Assembly: GCF_000150275.1 (NCBI RefSeq) | Contig: NW_002060974.1 | Coordinates: 431,143 to 443,089 of the forward strand | From: Trichoplax adhaerens | Taxonomy: Eukaryota > Animalia > Placozoa | Length of the DNA stretch: 11,947 nt | Direction of reading: 5' to 3' | In this document: in pieces, positions 7,826 to 11,947 of the stretch | Layout: the number at the start of each line of letters is the position of its first letter | Numbering within the stretch: the first letter of the stretch is position 1 | Translations under genes and position numbers: made by a program | Notes under the pieces: generated by a model | What the model saw: the letters and a program-made list of their open reading frames with translations, nothing else | What the model was told of the DNA's origin: nothing | Databases searched by the model: none

Positions 7826-10012
7826 CAGTTTCACTAGCTATTCTTTCATTTTCATTCATCATCCAATCACATACCGATTTCGATTTAAAATACTTTCTAC
7901 ATTTCTCTTGGTCACATCGAATATAATCTGGACTCGGCATCGATGGAATATCGACCTTTTCTACTATTTTACTGCAATAAGAGCATTTGACGTAAAATCT
8001 ACTTTTAGCTCTCTTAAATTTTGGCATTCGTTCATGAATAATCTGGTCCAATTGATCCTGGACTTCGAAGGGTAGTCGTGCTTCACTAATCCAATTAAAG
8101 ATATTCTTCTTAATATGTTCTGCTGCGTCGGGCGGATCTTTCTGATAGCAATAGATTAAGCCAATGTAAGATTCTTCTTTCTTAAGAATAATCTGAAATG
8201 GATATTTTGGCATGACGTATATTGCACATCGATAACTAGTTTTTACTTGTGTAACATTCCAAAGTTTTAAACAGGCTGATAAATGGCAATAAAATATGCC
8301 ATCAGGAATATAGGGTATAATATCTTTATTGTATCCAATGTAAAGCCAATCTGATGTACAGTAATCATTTAAATCTAGATCATCAGTAAGTGGATCGAGT
8401 AAATAAGGTACAAAATATTGTTGAGGACATTTTTTAATATCCTGGCCACTAGATTCGTCCTCGATTTTACAGATAATGTTATAACTGTCCATTAACTGTA
8501 TTAAAAATTCTTTCTCAATCTCTTTCAACTTAAATTCGGTCGCCACGCTATTAATGCATACCTCAGACATTATGCCAGTTCGATGAGCTTCATTATAACA
8601 TTCTATTACATTAGCATTAGTAAATTCGTGATCATCAAGCTTAATAATTGATCGAAATATACCGAGTAGCCAATCAAGATTAGTTACAACCATTTCTTCT
8701 ACGCCTTTCTTCTGACAAAAGACAATATCACCTATATCATGTAAATATAATAGCATACTGCGTAATTTCTTGTCGCTTTCATATAATTCGCAATCTTTAG
8801 CTAATTGTTTCACCTCTTCAAATGTCATAATATTATGAATTCTATTTATTATGTTACTGAATTCTGTTTGTGATGCAGCTAGTCTGCTTGCATCATCGGC
8901 TGAAGTATGTAATATCGATGCCATGAGATACCATCGAATTGGAATTTTTTCTTTCATAAACGGTAAACTAAGGGCGAATTGCTTTATTAACTCATGTAAT
9001 TGTAATGTAGTCTGTTTACGCTGTTCAATAGCCGCTTGGGAATCATCGTTGGAATCATATTGGAAGATAATGCCAGAACAGCACAGGTTGGATTTGTATG
9101 CAGATAATGTCTGAATAATAGAATCCCTAAATGCCTTAAATCTACTCTTGCGTTCTTTATCGTCTTTAATTTTATCACCATGTGATGCTATCAAGATAAC
9201 AACTGGTAAACAATACTCTTCCTTTTTACCATTAATTTCTACTTTAATAGTCTCATCGCTATCATGGCTGCCTATGGTTGATGTAAGCCATTCCTGCATA
9301 GCATGTCTATAAGTCATATTAGTCTTCTTTCCTTGCCTGTCAATAACATAATCATCGAATTTATGGGTAATATTAAAAACTAAAATATATATACTGTTTC
9401 CTGATAGAAATGGACGATGTGTAACATGATAAACAGCTTGACCTCCAAAATCGACTAATTTACCATATTGACTGTCATCGCTTTGTACTTTGCCTTTTAA
9501 ATCAGTAACAGATCGCATGAAATCTTCGTAAATTAAAATTTTGTGAAACTTTGTCTTTGTAGATACCGTAGATAAAGCAGTGTCGGTAGAATCATCTACG
9601 TTTATTGCACTATTAGTTTTGACGGTATTTGACAATGTACTTATATTCGTCGTCAGTAATTGACGATCTATGTGCATAAGTTGGATATTTTGACTTGCGT
9701 CAGGTGAAATTTTCAACGTCTTTTTGAATTTCTCTATTACCGCTAACACTTTCCCATATAATACTAATCGTAAACTATCAATTTTCTTGTCTAAAATATT
9801 ATATGTAATGAAATTGATATATCTGCCAGTGTTATCCATGATCTGAGTTTGTGTTATGCCAATAGTGACTTCCTCATTTGTAAAGATGTTCATAATGGTC
9901 GTTTTACCCACATTTTCTGGACCGCTAAAAACAATTTTAGTGAAATCATTGCGACATTCCCCATCTTGTAGAGCTTCATTATAAGCAGCTAGATATTCTT
10001 TATTATTGACGT
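7826..10012 (-). CDS. Large internal exon of a Roco-family gene: Roc GTPase domain + COR domain + C-terminal Cys cluster
   Basis: The 719-aa ORF extends upstream in frame to the acceptor tttag|AC at 10012, giving DVNNKEYLAAYNEALQDGECRNDFTKIVFSGPENVGKTT. Roc motifs: P-loop GPENVGKT (9900-9923), switch I VTIGI, G3 DFGGQ (9438-9452) followed by VYHVTHRPFL and IYILVFN, G4 SHGD (9174-9185). COR motifs: IPIRW, LLYLHDIGDIVF, NLDWL, YFVPYLL, IPDGIFY. The exon ends at the donor G|gtgag at 7826. It is 2187 nt, phase 1-1. Confidence 0.93.
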
Positions 10013-10564
10013 CTAAATGAACATGAATTAAACTTATTTACTTCATCTAAGGATAGCTGTTAATGTATATTAACACGTTGCCAATTTCTATAACAGGTAA
10101 ATATATATACTCTACAATTGAAACTAAAGTTTGACTTTATATCAAAATTATTTATAAATAAGAATAAATCTATTCAATAAGAAATATAAATTTTGATATT
10201 TGTCAAAGTAAGTCTGAAATGGATTATTCATCAAGATTGATTGTCGTATCATCAATTTTTAGCAACATAAAGTAGTTATTTGAAGCTTTTACAGTTTAAG
10301 TAGCGTTATTCTAGGGTACATATAAAATTAGTGCAATTACGAAGGCATAAATGAGATCGACAATTTCATCGCAATAAATGTGGCTGTTTTAAGGATACTT
10401 ATTACTCAGAGACTGTGTTTCCGTTAATCATTATTTAATTCTCATACTCTATTGGCTATAATGATTGTTTCATAATAGTAATGACTATACAATAAATTTG
10501 AATCATTCTTCTATACATAAACGTTAATTATATTAGCAAGGAAAGTTTCCTCTTTATAACTAAC

Positions 10565-10663
10565 CATTGAAATCATCTATTGCCGTTTGTTCTTCATTTC
10601 TAGACTGGTTGATCGATTTATCTTCAGGTTTCTCGCTTTGTTGGCCAAGCTCTACAGTAGAAT
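10565..10663 (-). CDS. Upstream (N-terminal) exon of the Roco gene, acidic/polar segment
   Basis: Acceptor gctgtag|AT at 10663 (alternative in-frame acceptor at 10651) and donor G|gttag at 10565. 99 nt, phase 1-1, open frame STVELGQQSEKPEDKSINQSRNEEQTAIDDFN. Joins the Roc exon in frame (G+AC=Asp). Confidence 0.65.
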
Positions 10664-11947
10664 CTACAGCAGCATCAGTGTAAAAAACAATTTTTGTTGA
10701 AAGTTATGATTTCAAGTAACAAAATATCTGTATGTTTATTTTATGTTTATTGACTCGAGCATTTTAATAACGACTACCGTAATTTCTTCAAAATAATTTC
10801 ATCGAACTATATCTACTCTAACATACTGTTCGCATATGAATTGAAATGAAGGTCCATTTACATGTATATTATTTTAAAATTTATTTTCTATCGAAGGTGA
10901 CATTGAAAATTGAAGTTTATTTTAGTGACAATTATCGGAGAATAAATAGAACTATCTAGTTACACGTCTAATATTGTAGTAATGATTTGTTCAGAAATTG
11001 CTTAACCTTTGAGAAGTAATTTTTATCAAGTGTTGTTGTTGCTGTTTACTAATTGCTAGCAAGTACCGGTAAAGAACAATTAAGTCATAGTTATCGAAAT
11101 TAGCATAATATGAAGATGTAGTGCAGCCCCAAATATAGCTTGGATTGTGATTGGAAGACTGTACGAAAGTAGTGGTACTCGTAGGTTAGATTGTATGATT
11201 TTGAAGATATCTATTTGTAGAAGAGGTTCACAATGCGTATCGTCTAGATATTATTGAGATGTTCATGTTAAGATTGCATGATAATAATAGAGGTAGCACT
11301 AATTATGTTAGTACTGTGAGAATTGCATTGTGATGCTTTAATTAGACGCGTGAATGACGAATAGCTCGCGCGATGATAAACTGTTATCTTGCGACTTAAT
11401 TGGCAAGATATGATTTTAATGTGTAAAATTTATTGTGTAACAAAGGGTATATAAATCACGAACTTTCGCTGTAATTCATATAGTCCTATTGAAGCTAGAT
11501 AGTTTTTGGTAGTTGTGAGACGAACCTAATCTATGTAATAAAGTAAATTTACTAGAAATCGAAATTTGTTTTATTAATAAGATGATTTCATGAGTATGTT
11601 TGGAATTCAAAATGATCACTCAAAATCGGCTTGTCTTTGAAATATACATATTTAATTTATCTTAACTAATAATAGTAATAACAAGACGTTCTTTGTTGTA
11701 GTAGATGGGCTGATATCCATCTCAAATATGGTAATAATATACTATCTTCAGGCATAAATGATAGTCTTCTTACAGTGCTAAGAAATACTATACGATCTTA
11801 ACCTTTAGCAACATACTACCGTATGTGTTGCTTAAAATGCATCATCAAGTAAATTGTTGATTTGTTGTTGGTTAAATAAAATGTCTGTGGCTTTATTACT
11901 AGTCAATGATGCTATAGTTTAGTTTTTAAAATATTATTGAAGTTAAA

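Noticed and set aside
8851-9181. ORFs 8851-9114 (+) and 8987-9181 (-)
   Set aside because: Shadow frames overlapping the Roc-COR exon, with no recognisable motifs.
10700-11947. Further upstream exons or a start codon (donor-like AAG|gttaag near 11007 and 11803; CpG-rich patch near 11345-11375)
   Set aside because: The phase-1 frames preceding these donors hit stops within a few codons. The 5' end or promoter could not be assigned.
1-11947. Prokaryotic systems (CRISPR, operons, defence islands), tRNA or rRNA genes
   Set aside because: The DNA has spliceosomal intron structure and low coding density, with no repeat-spacer array or recognisable structured RNA gene.

Overview
AT-rich, intron-containing eukaryotic genomic DNA, probably from an early-branching animal. 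A placozoan-like origin is only an inference from the low GC, the intron style and the gene family. Almost the whole window is one minus-strand spliced gene encoding a Roco-family protein, with the 5' end not located. Its order is: short N-terminal exon (10565-10663), one 2187-nt exon encoding the whole Roc GTPase-COR tandem plus a Cys cluster (7826-10012), a linker of small exons (6874-6942, 4120-4170, 3911-3961, 3504-3554, 1683-1757), then a death-domain exon (1101-1393). All modelled introns are phase 1, and the exons join without stops into roughly 950-960 aa. The linker contains a triplicated 51-nt exon encoding a basic KRRV motif, bracketed by two long direct repeats (2313-2966 and 4275-5355). 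A degenerate ~197-bp tandem repeat with coding-like divergence lies downstream of the gene. No RNA genes, CRISPR arrays or prokaryotic features were seen. The exon model was built by eye and needs transcript support.
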